64,000 bases of DNA from Macrostomum lignano (Eukaryota), in the NCBI GenBank assembly GCA_002269645.1, contig NIVC01001101.1:1-64000 (forward strand). Direction: 5' to 3'. Under the pieces are notes generated by a model. It did not search any database and was not told where the DNA came from. It saw nothing but the letters and a program-made list of their open reading frames with translations. A program made the translations under genes and the position numbers. Below, piece by piece: positions 26,820-37,552 of the stretch (position 1 is the stretch's first letter; every line of letters starts with the position of its first letter).

Positions 26820-27012
26820 TACTCTTAAGCAGTGGATTTCCCTGCCTGAGACTAAGGCATCCCACAACTGATTTCAATACAGGCAATATCAGGGCTGCAG
26901 CTTCTATGTAGTGTAAGCGCATCCTAGAATGTGCAGCAGAGTTCTCAGTGCCATGAGCGATGCCGTGTACTTGTGGGCAGATCGGGCTCATACTATTGCT
27001 GACTAAACTCAG
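26820..27012 (+). pseudogene. WDR83: Diverged remnant of the WDR83 last exon
   Basis: agagttctcagtgccatgagcgatgccgtgtacttgtgggcagatcgggctcatac aligns with 4958-5012, and gactaaggcatcccacaactga aligns with ggctgaggcatcccgcagctga. Confidence 0.75.
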
Positions 27013-27844
27013 GGAGCTTTTCTGACTATGGAGTCACCTTGGCTTCCTTTTGTAGAGCCACCGGCCAAATCGTCTCCGACGGAAGGACTCAGGCCTGTCG
27101 TGCGTTCCGTCTGCTCAGGAAGACCTGAAGATGCGTCTCTTCTGCGCTGCCGTGAATCGATCCTAATTATCTGGATGGCATGGAAGCTGTGCAAATGACT
27201 AAAAAGAGCCGAGAACAAACCCTGATTCAACACCACAGGTCTCTGCTGCTCTGCGATCTGAATATGCACTTCACGGAGAAGCTTTCGGCCAGACGGATCC
27301 AATGGCTCGTGCTTGTACTGCAGCGCATAGCTTTACCTCCAGAGAACGCCGCGAAAAGCTGCTAAAACGCTGTCTGAGGAGTCACGGATTTGACGAACAA
27401 AAAGAGCCTCAGTCGCTGGTTATCCTTCATCAGCTCACTGAGAAAGTATGGCGTTGCCAAAGGCGTACTGTCACCCTCACTGACACTTTCAGGATTCAAA
27501 CTGCAGGCCATTGGGATTGCTGATGAGACGAGATCTCAGTCCCAGTTTGCCATGATGTAGTTTAACCTATAATATATAGGTGTAGTTTCATTTTTCGTTG
27601 CCCTATATTAGCGTCAATACTTATATTATCCTGTATGCACAAATTGCATTCGCAAATAATACAAAATTACTGCACAACTCATTATTAGTGCTTAAAAACA
27701 ATTTAACTCTGATGCATTTAAGTGATTTATGCACCATGTATTCGGTAATAAATTTTCAATGGAAATTGTATTTTCAGATTTTCACTTTGAAGCAGACAAT
27801 ACAGCATGGTATGAGTAGAAAACGACTACAAATTGATACTAGTG

Positions 27845-28858
27845 TGTAGTGCATGCGCCCTTGTCAGTTGGCAGGGCGCGTTGCACTTTGGGGCTGGTTG
27901 GGGGGTTCGCGGGCGTGGCAGGGTCTGGCGGCCGGCCGGGCTTTGCGCGTGCCCCTCCCCAGCCGTGCCCCTGCCCCGTGCTCAGGCTGGTTGGCTGCGG
28001 CCGGGCCAGCTTTGGCACGGGTGCGGCCCCTCCCCCCGCTAGGCGGGGTTTTGATTGGCTGGCCGGTGCGGCCAGTCTCTATTTTGTTGGGGTAGCTTGT
28101 TTGGGTGGGCTTAGCCGGTGGGGCCATCGGCCCCAGGGTTTGGTTATTATTTAATGTGGCTCTGGGCCTTGCTCACGCCCTTCGCTCTGTTTGTTCTGTT
28201 TGCTCTGTTTGTTCTGTTTGCTCTGTTTGCTCTGTTCGTGCTGTTTGCTCTGTTTGCTCTGTTTGCTCTGTTTGCTCTGTTTGCTCTGTTTGCTCTGTTT
28301 GCTCTGTTTGCTCTGTTCGTGCTGTTTTGTGTTTTGAATTGGTGTGCTCGAAGAGTACAAGTGCGAGACTAGACCGTTAAACAGCAATTCTAGCTATTGA
28401 ATACGAGAAAAGAAACAGAAGAGCCTTAAGAAGAATCTCGGAGGTTAGAACCTGCACTGTACAACGAGCGAATCAATAAACGTCACGGCGATTTGGCCAC
28501 TGGTAAGCCGCCTGCTGCTTGAGTTCGTTCTTTTCTGGGAGCTTGTTAGGCTGAGTTCTTGCCAGAGCGTCATAACGCCGGGAGATTATATAGCTTTTTG
28601 TAGTACTATACCGTCTACTCTATATAGTGTGTACAACCTACAGTATCGAGACTAGAAGCACTCGAGAGTGTCACCACACCTCGAGCCGCAGCGTGAACTC
28701 TGAGTGTCACAACACCAGAGGGATCGAACTATTATCGCAGAGCGTCGTCACGCCTGCTCGTATCCATAAAGGTACAGACAGAGCGTCACTACGCCTGTAT
28801 ATTACGTATTATATATATAGTACTCGGGACTGGGCACCCAAACCGACCCGGGTTACAA
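27845..28858. mobile_element. Probable solo LTR (about 1.0 kb)
   Basis: TGTAG...GGTTACA termini interrupt the 28-bp marker repeat. Internal AATAAA. TSD imperfect (ctagtg/acagtg). Confidence 0.55.
28185..28325. repeat. 9-bp tandem repeat (GCTCTGTTT)n
   Basis: Direct tandem array inside the LTR-like block. Confidence 0.92.
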
Positions 28859-30499
28859 CAGTGACAAGGATATGAAAAATCGATGAGGCTCACAAAGCTA
28901 CCACAACTAAATGTGGAATAGAAAGATATAAAAAATTGACGAAGGCGACAAGACCACTACAAATCGATATGGGTCACACGGCTACTAGAAATCAAAATAG
29001 GTCACAAGGCTACTACAAATCGATATGGGTGACAAGGCTACAACTTGATTTGGGTGACATGAGCTTGGCTACTAATTGTACCATGACCTTTGTGCCCGCT
29101 GGGCACTTATTCTTGCCTTTTAATGACATAGACTACATTTAAGCCCGCTCGCAGGAGTCACACTTACTTTAATGCAAATTAGCGGGCAGTTATTGACATT
29201 TAACGCCCGATTGTCTATTTCAAACTTACTCTAATGCAAATTAGCGGGCAGTTATCATTAACGGGCAGTTGTCAAGGACACAAATGTCTATGGCACAATG
29301 ATAGTAATACCCATGCTTTGCGGGCGTTGATGAGAAATCCTCGGGCGCCTAACGGTAGCCTAACGCCTAACGCCTAATGGCGCCCTCTGATTTTTTCATT
29401 AACGCCCTTAAAGCATGGGTATTAATGTACTATTAACCCCACCAGTCGTCATCCCTCTGACAGTCGAAGGTATGAAGGATGAAGCTATGACAACATCTGT
29501 CTCGACAGAGACCGCAACAAAGGGGGCGGCCTCTGCTTCCTGGTCAAATGCGGCATCCCCTACCACTCCGTCGACACCGCTCCGAGCTCTGACTTCTCGC
29601 CATTAGAACGTCTTTCAACCTCTATCTCAATCGCAAGGCTCCGACTTCCTGCGCATCCACAACTGCTGCATCCCTCCAGCCAGCTCGTGCCCCAGCAGTT
29701 GTGAATCGGATATTCAGGCCCTCATCGGTCTCTGAACGATTTGAAGCCGGCATAGCAAATTACAAAGTAAGGCGCGCAGTTATCACCTATCGTAGAACGC
29801 ATGAGTCGAAATACCAGACGCAAGATTTGTTGACCGCAGCCAAGAACGAGAAGATCCTCGAATAGCTCGCAAACCCAGGCAGTCAAAAGAATAGGAGTAA
29901 GCAGGAGGGTTCAAATACTTTGACAGCTCAAGTAGAAAAAGAAGCGAAGAAACCAGTGGCAGCACCCAGCGCGGGGCAGGGCCACCAGTCATTTGGACCT
30001 CAGTTTGCTTCCCCAGCCAACTATCCTTCGCAGTACCAACCGTACCAGAATTATCTGCCTCAGTTTGACTACAGGCAATGGCAACCTAGGTTCGCCCATA
30101 GACAGATGAATCCAAGCTATAGGCCACAGGCACCAGTGCAGCCTCCGAATAGCTTTCGGCCTCAGCATCACATGAGCAGCTACTCAAGACCCTATAATAG
30201 GCAGTCTTCGCCCTTTGTCAGGCCCGCCATGACACGCCCGCCACGCTTTGGTCACGAGGCTGGAGGGGCCAATGACAGGTTCAAACCTTCGGGGGCGAAC
30301 GCGCCAAATGCGAGAAAGGCCTGTTATGAGTGCGGCGAAGAAAGTCACCTGGCTAGAGACTGCCCAGCTAGACGAAATTCTTTAAACTACCGGTGGGGCG
30401 GCACCAAGGGAGGGCCAACCGCCCCAGCCACTAAACCGATTTGCTCCCAGTAGAAGAGCTGCAGCAGTAGAAGACCAGCAAGTTAGATCAGGCAATGTA

Positions 30500-30710
30500 G
30501 AATATGGCAATTTAGTTTGGTATAATTATTACAGAGGCTACGGATTTCCGCGAGCTAGCAATAATAGAGATATTTTCTTTCATGTCACATATTAACATAG
30601 CAACTGATTACGAAGTTATGCACTTTCTGCGCCAGAGGGCGACAGTAAAATTTATTCGCACTAACGATACTACTCATAGTAGGAAACAGAGAGCAGTCAA
30701 TGTTAAAATT
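30500..30710 (+). CDS. Cold-shock domain within the Gypsy polyprotein (one frameshift at about 30584)
   Basis: EYGNLVWYNYYRGYGF (RNP1-like), RDIFFH/SHI (RNP2-like), FLRQRATVKF and QRAVNVK align with the CSD consensus GTVKWFN..KGFGF..DVFVHFSAI..LKEGQKVEF..QAVNV. Confidence 0.78.
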
Positions 30711-31649
30711 TTCTCAAGCGAGGAACGCAGATTAGCAGAAATTAACAAACAGAAGTCAGCGAGCTTAGCTAGACAGTCAGAGCAATTGACAGGAGAATTA
30801 GAGAAGCGAAGCGAAGCTGCGGCAGCTCAGAGAAGTGCGTTAAACAGCATAGACTTGCGACTCAGTGAAGAAGAAGGAAAGAAAGCTTCAGCAGACGAAT
30901 CTAAAGTAGTAAAAGAATTATCAGATCTTAGAAACGAATTGAAGGACTTGCGCCAATGCTTGGTAGGGAAAGTCCAAGAAGAATCAACGAAAGAAGAACT
31001 GGACAAGAGTGCAACGACAGCAGAACTTAGAGCTGAACTTAGGGAAATGAAACAGGAATTAAGAAAGTTAGAGACAGCCATCCAGCGAGATGTGGCAGCT
31101 GAGAAGAAAGCAACAGAGAAGCCAGAATCAGCGAAGAGAGTAGAAGCAGAAGTATCTAGTCAAGTAGTGAACTCAGGATTATTCCTCGATAGCCAGATTA
31201 ACGGATTAAGCGAAAAATTTTAGTTGACACCGGCGCCTCGAATTGCCTTATCGATAAGAAATTATATCAGCGCCTCTATCCAGACAATCATAGTCTGAAG
31301 CCATGCTCTGTAAATATGCGATCCGCAAATGGCCAGACTTCAAAGGGGATGTGAAGTTAAGAACCAAAATGGAGCCTGAAGCATTGGGTCCCGATTTCTC
31401 TACGCCAATCCCTTCATTTGGAGCCAAATAGCTCCCGTAATGCCGAAAACCCGACCACTTTAGCACTTGGGGATCTCTGTGGGGAGAAATGGGATAAATG
31501 GGGATTTCATGTGAACTTAAGGCTCTAGAATGGAGCCTGAAGCATTGGGTCCCGATTTCTCTACGCCAATCCCTTCATTTGGAGCCAAATAGCTCCTTTA
31601 AAATTAGCAAAAGAGCAAACGTTAAAACAAGCATTTAATCTATTTAAAC

Positions 31650-31688
31650 TGCCGACGCGTTTCGTCCAAAGCGGACATCTTCAGGGCA
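31650..31688 (-). ncRNA. Minimal type I hammerhead ribozyme (inverted copy)
   Basis: Exact reverse complement of 32085-32123. Confidence 0.8.
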
Positions 31689-32084
31689 AACGAACCATCG
31701 AAAACACAAACGAGAATGTATTTAAATTAAATCGAAAAATATTGAGGGAACAAAAAACAGAAAGACAAAAACAAAAGCAGTTGTTCAAGGTGATGGATGG
31801 ATGTAACAATGATAGAAAACTAAAATTGTTGGAGGCTACGTACATTAGGAAGTACAATCCTAGCTTAAACGTTCAGCTTGTGAGTAAAGGTATGGAGCAA
31901 CAACTCAGAATTTTTTGATCTCGTTGTGCGCGGTGGTGAGGTGGGTGCACCCTCTTAACTGATTGGTTTGTTAGTTAAAAGTTTACAGCATGTACATGTC
32001 TTTTCGTTCTTTCTGTTTTTTGTTCGCTCAATATTTTTCGATTTAATTTAAATACATTCTCGTTTGTGTTTTCGATGGTTCGTT

Positions 32085-32123
32085 TGCCCTGAAGATGTCC
32101 GCTTTGGACGAAACGCGTCGGCA
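32085..32123 (+). ncRNA. Minimal type I hammerhead ribozyme
   Basis: Stem I TGCC/GGCA, CTGAAGA core, one extra U, stem II GTCC/GGAC, GAAA, palindromic ACGCGT, and a GTC cleavage triplet ending at 32119. Confidence 0.82.
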
Positions 32124-32179
32124 GTTTAAATAGATTAAATGTTTGTTTTGACGTTTGCTCTTTTGCCAAATAGCTCCTG

Positions 32180-33565
32180 TTATACCTACTGGCCGGTATA
32201 TGGATCGGGGCTGCTAGTTGGTCGGAGGCGAGGGATGTGATTGTCCAGCGACGGCTGTCTGGGGCCTGGAGGTCGAAACTGACGAGGTCCGCAGTAATCT
32301 AACGCGGAAGAACGAGTACGAGTGTAAGGTGGAGGTGGCTATCGTGAGTCTCTTAGCGGCTTTGAGACCAAGGTTGTGGGCAAAAGTGCCGTCGAGATGC
32401 GAGTATGAGCGGCCAGAGTCGAGAATCGAGAAAAATTGTGCAGTCGACGGAGCGGCCATCTTTCGGGTTGACGGCCTTCGCCCGGAAAGTAGCTATGGTG
32501 GTCGGCACGAGACCTCCGTCGGCTGCGGCAGAGACTTGGGAGTTGGCTGTTTCTTTGGAGTTGGTGTCAGCCCGAATTAACGTGGGCATTTTGGCCTGTC
32601 TTAGGCGAGCGATGGCTGGAGCGAGCGCTGTCGAAGGTGGCCCCGTGCAGCGAGGTGTGATGTGGGGCGTCGCACACACGACAGTGTCGGGTGTCGCGGC
32701 AGTCCCTGGTGTGGTGTTGGCGAAGGCAATTGTCGCGAAGGTTCTTGTTTAGAACTATTTTAAGCTGGTCATCGGGCTTGCGGATGTTGCAGCAATAAGA
32801 CATGGTGGCATGGTCGGAAGTGTCGCAATAGAGGCATGGGCGGCTGGGCTTCTGCTGCTGCTGGTTGGCGGTGGAAGCAAAGCATTCGGAGGGACGAGGC
32901 GAGAGTTGCATAATAGCTGCATAATAGCTGCATAATAGCTGCAGAGCTGCATAATAGCGCGAGGCGTTGGAAGCAGGCGTTCTTCTGCTCCTGGGCGTCG
33001 GCGCAGTTAGCCTGGAGGACGCGGCAGGCCTCAGCATAAGCGATGGGTTGGAAGGCATCGAGGGCGCCCAGCTTTCTGAGGGCGGGGCCGAATAGCAGAC
33101 CGCGGAGTGGTTCGAACTTGTCGACGTTGAGACTGGATTGGTCGACGCGGTAGAGGAAGGCGTCCCAGAACCCAGGGAATGCGGCAGGATCGATGCCGCC
33201 GAATGTTGGGAGACGAACCTTCTGGAGGACATTGGAGCGGATGAGAGCGGCCGGATCGCAATTAATCGTAGCGGACGACGACGCAGATGTCGGGGCAAGG
33301 TGGATATTAGCAGCGAGCTGTTCTATTAGCAACTGAATCTGCTGCATCATCGCAGTCATGGAGGTGAGAGGGCGTTAACGTCGATGACAGGTGCAGCAGG
33401 TGATGAGACAGTGTTCGGGGATGAGACGGGAGGATCCATAGTCGGGGGCAGCTGACGTTACAGGCGGTGGGCCGCTGGGTTCGATGTGCGGCTGCCCCGC
33501 GGCAGAGGCCGCTTCAGCAGAGACTGAGGTGTGGTCGTCCTGGGATTGATGGATCTGGTCACCAG
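32180..33565 (-). mobile_element. BEL/Pao fragment (gag, zinc knuckles, protease)
   Basis: DUF1759-like VRLPTFGG..FWDAF..DKF; triple Cys/His knuckle CLYC..H, NCLRQH..C, CRVC..HH; protease-like ILDSG. Possible tRNA-Trp PBS TGGTGACC at 33557-33564. Confidence 0.8.
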
Positions 33566-35109
33566 ATGGGTCAGTCTTTCATCGCGTGATGACCATGCTA
33601 ACGCTCAGGTAATCTGTTCACCTCGTCATTTAAGGATTTGAAGCTCCTTGAGTCTTAAGTTCACATGAAATCCCCATTTATCCAATTTCTCCCCACAGAG
33701 ATCCCCAAGTGCTAAAGTGGTCGGGTTTTCGGCATAACGGGAGCTATTTGGCTCCCGTAGAGAAATCGGGACCCAATGCCTCAGGCTCCATTTTGACTCT
33801 TAACTTCACATCCCCTTTATTAGGCCAAGTGGCATTACGAGTCAGATTTGGAGACTGCAAGATTACGCACCCATTCTATGTTGCTGAAGGCTTACTAACG
33901 TCATCAATTATAGGAATCGATCTGTTAACTAGGCATAAAATTAAATTAGATATAGCAGGGAAATCCTTAGAATTCAGTGATCGCAGAATTCCGCTTGTAA
34001 CAACGAGCGATGAAACGCGTTGCGTCCTACTGCAAGTAGCCAAGAAAATATCTATAGCACCGATGAGCAAAATTTATGTCAAGGCTAAATGTAAAGATAC
34101 TCCAGAAACTGCAGAACTCGGCTTCATTTCAGGCCGCAGTCAAATTAGCGAGAAAGATGAGCCATTAGTAGCTAAAGCTATTACCAGATTAGATGAATTC
34201 GGCGAAACTTACGTTAGATTAATGAACCTGACTGAAGAGGCTCAGACAATTCATAAGGATGAAGTAGTGGCGCAGTATCAACCGCTGAAGGAAGAAGTAG
34301 AACTTTTCGCAATGTCAGAAACTGATTTAGAAGTAGGTGCACAGAAGCAACCGAATGCAGCAGTTACGGTGCAAGAAGCTGATAGACTTTGGGAGCAATT
34401 CCGCTTAAACGAGACCAATTTTAGTGAGGCTCAGAAGATAAAAGTAATTGAATTATTACAACGTTATCAGAATATTGTTTCGAAGGACCAGTGGGATATC
34501 GGAAAGACCCAGATGGGCGAATTCAAGATTGAGACTACCGATGAAATTCCAGTCAGAATTCCCCTGCGCAAGCAAAGCCCAGAGCAACGAGAACTTGTTA
34601 GCGGGCATGTGCAGCAGCTGTTAGAGCACGATTTGATTGAGCCCTCAGAATCTGAGTGGAGTTGCCCTATTGTTCTCGCCCGGAAGAAGTCCAGATAATT
34701 CAGGTTTTGCTGTGACTTTAGACAGTTAAATAATAAGACCAAGAAAGACAGTTTTTCGTTACCGCTAATTCAAGAATCGCTGGAATCCCTAGCAGGCAAC
34801 ATGTACTTTAGCACCCTAGACATGGTCGGCGCTTATTGGTCAGTGAAGGTCAGAGAGACTGACCGCGAGAAATTAGCGTTTCGAACCCATGATGGCCTGT
34901 TTCAGTGAAAAGTTTTGCCTTTTGGAGTCACGAACGGACCCGCTTGTTTTCAGCGCATAATGCAGAAGATCTTAGGGGACTATGCTTACAAGTTCGCTTT
35001 ACTCTACCTAGATGGTGTAATTTGCACAGGCAAGAATTTCGAAGAAATGCTCAATAACCTAGAACTAATTTTCTCTCGATTAGCAGATGCTAGTATGAAA
35101 TTTGGGAAA

Positions 35110-35145
35110 TTGAGCTCATGCGATCGCTGATGAAACTCAGTGAGC
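35110..35145 (+). pseudogene. Very short remnant of the WDR83 stop region
   Basis: gctcatgcgatcgctgatgaaactcagtga versus gcccatgctatcgctgatgagcctcagtga. The following gagcttttctgtctatggagt also occurs after the 27.0-kb remnant. Confidence 0.55.
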
Positions 35146-35674
35146 TTTTCTGTCTATGGAGTACATAGAAACAATATACACTGTAATTTTTGTGCCTCAC
35201 GCGGGCTTTCCCAAAGCTAACAGAATGCATAGCAGGATTTTCAGCGACCTCAAGATCTGGCTCGCCGCGCCAAGTCAGAGCTCAAGACCATGTGTACCGT
35301 GCAGCCTTCGAGGCATGGATCCGCTGTCATCAGAAGTGCATAGAGCGAGGCGCAGATTTATATAGACGGACTTTAATAGTCTTAAAAATAACTGAAAGCT
35401 TATTTGTTTTTGGAAGTCCAGTTGCCGAAACTTTTTGCGCACTCCTCGTAAGAGCCTCCAGTCATCTGTGAGAGTCTTCAGTCCATCTAGCTCGTATAAG
35501 TAACTTTCTTGAAGTCTACAGATGCATCTAGGCATATGCATGAGTCCTTAGGCCCTCCTGTGACTATGGGATTCTCCAGTCTCTCTTTAAATGTCTTTAA
35601 ATGAGTTTGAATGTCTCTCTTATCCCAATAAATGCTGCATCGAGTCCTCCCCACCTGTCCATTTGCCTGCGCAG

Positions 35675-36967
35675 ATACCGCAGCCACCTGGCTCGAGTTG
35701 GCGCATTGGCCTTCAGTCCGGACGCCACCCTGCTGGCCAGCGGTTCAGTGGACTGCACAGTCCGCCTGTGGGATCTGCGCAGTAAAGCTCAAGCGCCTGT
35801 GCAGCTGCTCACCGATGCCAGGGACTCCGTCACGGCGGTGGCTGTTCACTCCTGGCGAATCTACACGGCTAGTCTGGATGGACGCTTGCGCTTCTACGAT
35901 GCCAGGAAAGGTGCCGTTGCGGAGGGGCTTTGGTTTGAAAGCTTTTTGGCATTTCGTGTTTTTTAAAGTGTCATTCGAATGTGCCATTCGTATACATATA
36001 GAGCTAGAGCGGTACGAGCTGAATGCGTTTGACTCTTGCACCACAATTTTCCAATGGAAAACCCCGAGGCACAGAAAGTAGACATGCCTGACGATTAGAA
36101 AGTCAGGACCGCTGTACATTCCTGCGTCAGTCAGGATCGTGAGCCGATTGGGAAGAATGGCCCTCAGCGCTGCCTGTGGACGATGCGCCGAAGGCAGCCA
36201 TTATTTAAGGGAGCAGGGCCTGGCCTCAAATCAAGCTTGAATATTTCGAAATGAGACTCATGACTTTGATTTGCGATTTGTAAACAACTTTTCTCTTTTG
36301 CTACGCGCAGTGTCTCTGGGCCCGTTCTATAAAGCAATCGTAAGATAAGATCGCTCTTAGCTCCTATCTCCGCAGTGTAAAAGTTGTGACGTACGATTGA
36401 ACCTACGCTACGACAGCTTTATAGTACGACCCCTCTGTCTTTATCAGTTCTACTTTGCAGGGCAGTTGTACTCGAGCAGTGTCTCAGATCGAGGCAACAG
36501 CCGAGCCATAAACGAACCCCGCAGGCCGCCTCGCAGAGGACAATCTGTGCAAGCCTCTGATCGGCCTGTGCGCCACCCGCGATGGCCGGTGCATTCTGGC
36601 CAGCTGCTCCGATGCCAGACTCCGCCTCATCGACCGGGACACTGGCGACCTGCTGGCCAGCTACTCGGGTCACAGCGTGGCCGATCTGTCAGTTGAATGC
36701 GACGTGTCCGCAGGAGACTGGCTGGTTCTGTCCGGCTCGGCTGGCGGCTCTGGCGAGCTGATCTGCTGGGATCTGCTCAGCGGCGAGCTGCGGTGCAGGC
36801 TGAGGCATCCCGCAGCTGAGCCCGCCAGGGCTGGAGTCAGGACTCAGGCTTCGGTGGTGCAGTCTGTGTCGGCTCATCCGAAACTGTGCAGAGTTCTCAC
36901 CGCGATGGGCGATGCGGTGTTCTTGTGGGCAGATCCGGCCCATGCTGTCGCTGATGAGCCTCAGTGA
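35675..36967 (+). CDS. WDR83: WDR83/MORG1 copy 2: exons 35675-35910 and 36525-36967 intact, exon 1 not found
   Basis: Exon lengths 236 and 443 nt are identical to copy 1 without the hAT. Splice sites are conserved and there are no stops. Confidence 0.85.
36318..36433. mobile_element. 116-bp MITE (PIF/Harbinger-like)
   Basis: 18-bp imperfect TIR GGGCCCGTTCTATAAAGC versus GGGGTCGTACTATAAAGC, 3-bp TSD TCT. Absent from the copy 1 intron. Confidence 0.75.
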
Positions 36968-37552
36968 CCTCTCGTGTCGTCTAGTGTGAGTTTTAATAAG
37001 CTGCATTTTTCTAGTATTTCTGCTGTCTGTGCAGACTGAATTTTTCCTGTGCTGTAATGTACTGTGCTATTACAAGTGGAGCTATGGCGTTCCTCAATAA
37101 AAGCTAATGATTATCGTTTTCATATTTAGAAAATAGCAAGCAAGCAATTTTTTTCATTTTTAGTAAATTGGATTTAAGGCTGACGCAGTCTCAGCTGCTT
37201 TAGTTTAGGCACGCTCTAAGTATATGATTGTTGGAGACAGTATTTTTAGATTTTGTGTTTTAAACAGGACACAGCAGTGGCATAGTGACAACACTACACA
37301 TTGATATGAGTGACAAGGCAGCTATTAATCGATGTGGCACAGTGCTACTTTAACTTGATTTCAATTACAGAGCTACAACAAATTAATATGGATGACAAGA
37401 CTACTATGGATTTGAAATAGTTCAAATGGCTACTTAAAGTTTATTGGGGTGAAAGAGCTGCTACTCCAGTCGTTTCTCGTCGTGATGGTCGAGTGTCTCT
37501 GGCACCGCCTCGCTCTGCCATGGTTTCACATTCATGTTTATGTTCATCTTAA

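Larger units (their letters stand above)
31607..32166 (+). mobile_element. 5'-truncated Penelope-like element with inverted pseudo-LTR
   Basis: GIY-YIG endonuclease C-terminus FKVMD...LKLLEATYIRKYNPSLNVQL...LRIF* at 31784-31918. About 150-bp inverted arms at 31607-31757 and 32010-32166. Confidence 0.85.
31344..33816. mobile_element. Kolobok-like non-autonomous DNA transposon with ~180-bp TIRs, inserted in the Gypsy protease
   Basis: AGGGGATGTGAAGTTAAGA...TCTTAACTTCACATCCCCT. Inverted arms at about 31344-31526 and 33648-33816. Flanks tcaa/ttat resemble a decayed TTAA TSD. Superfamily inferred. Confidence 0.7.
29730..35105 (+). mobile_element. Gypsy LTR-retrotransposon internal region: gag (CCHC), cold-shock domain, coiled coil, protease, RT (3'-truncated, nested insertions)
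   Basis: CYECGEESHLARDC; LVDTGAS at 31220-31240; the protease resumes at 33820 (IIGIDLL); RT motifs PIVLARKK, FCCDFRQLN, STLD, PFGVTNGPACFQR and YLDG. No flanking LTRs found. Confidence 0.88.

Noticed and set aside
27013-27530. Coding-like GC-rich segment after the WDR83 remnant
   Set aside because: It has short broken ORFs in several frames and no recognisable motif. A tBLASTx search would be needed.
27845-28858. 5' LTR of the CSD-bearing Gypsy element
   Set aside because: It is followed by the host marker repeat rather than a PBS, and there is no matching 3' LTR in the window.
29172-29245. Two ATGCAAAT octamer motifs as a regulatory element
   Set aside because: They result from a short local duplication with no linked gene or snRNA.
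30500-30710. Bacterial csp gene contamination
   Set aside because: The domain is contiguous with Gypsy gag and protease coding sequence and has no start or stop of its own.
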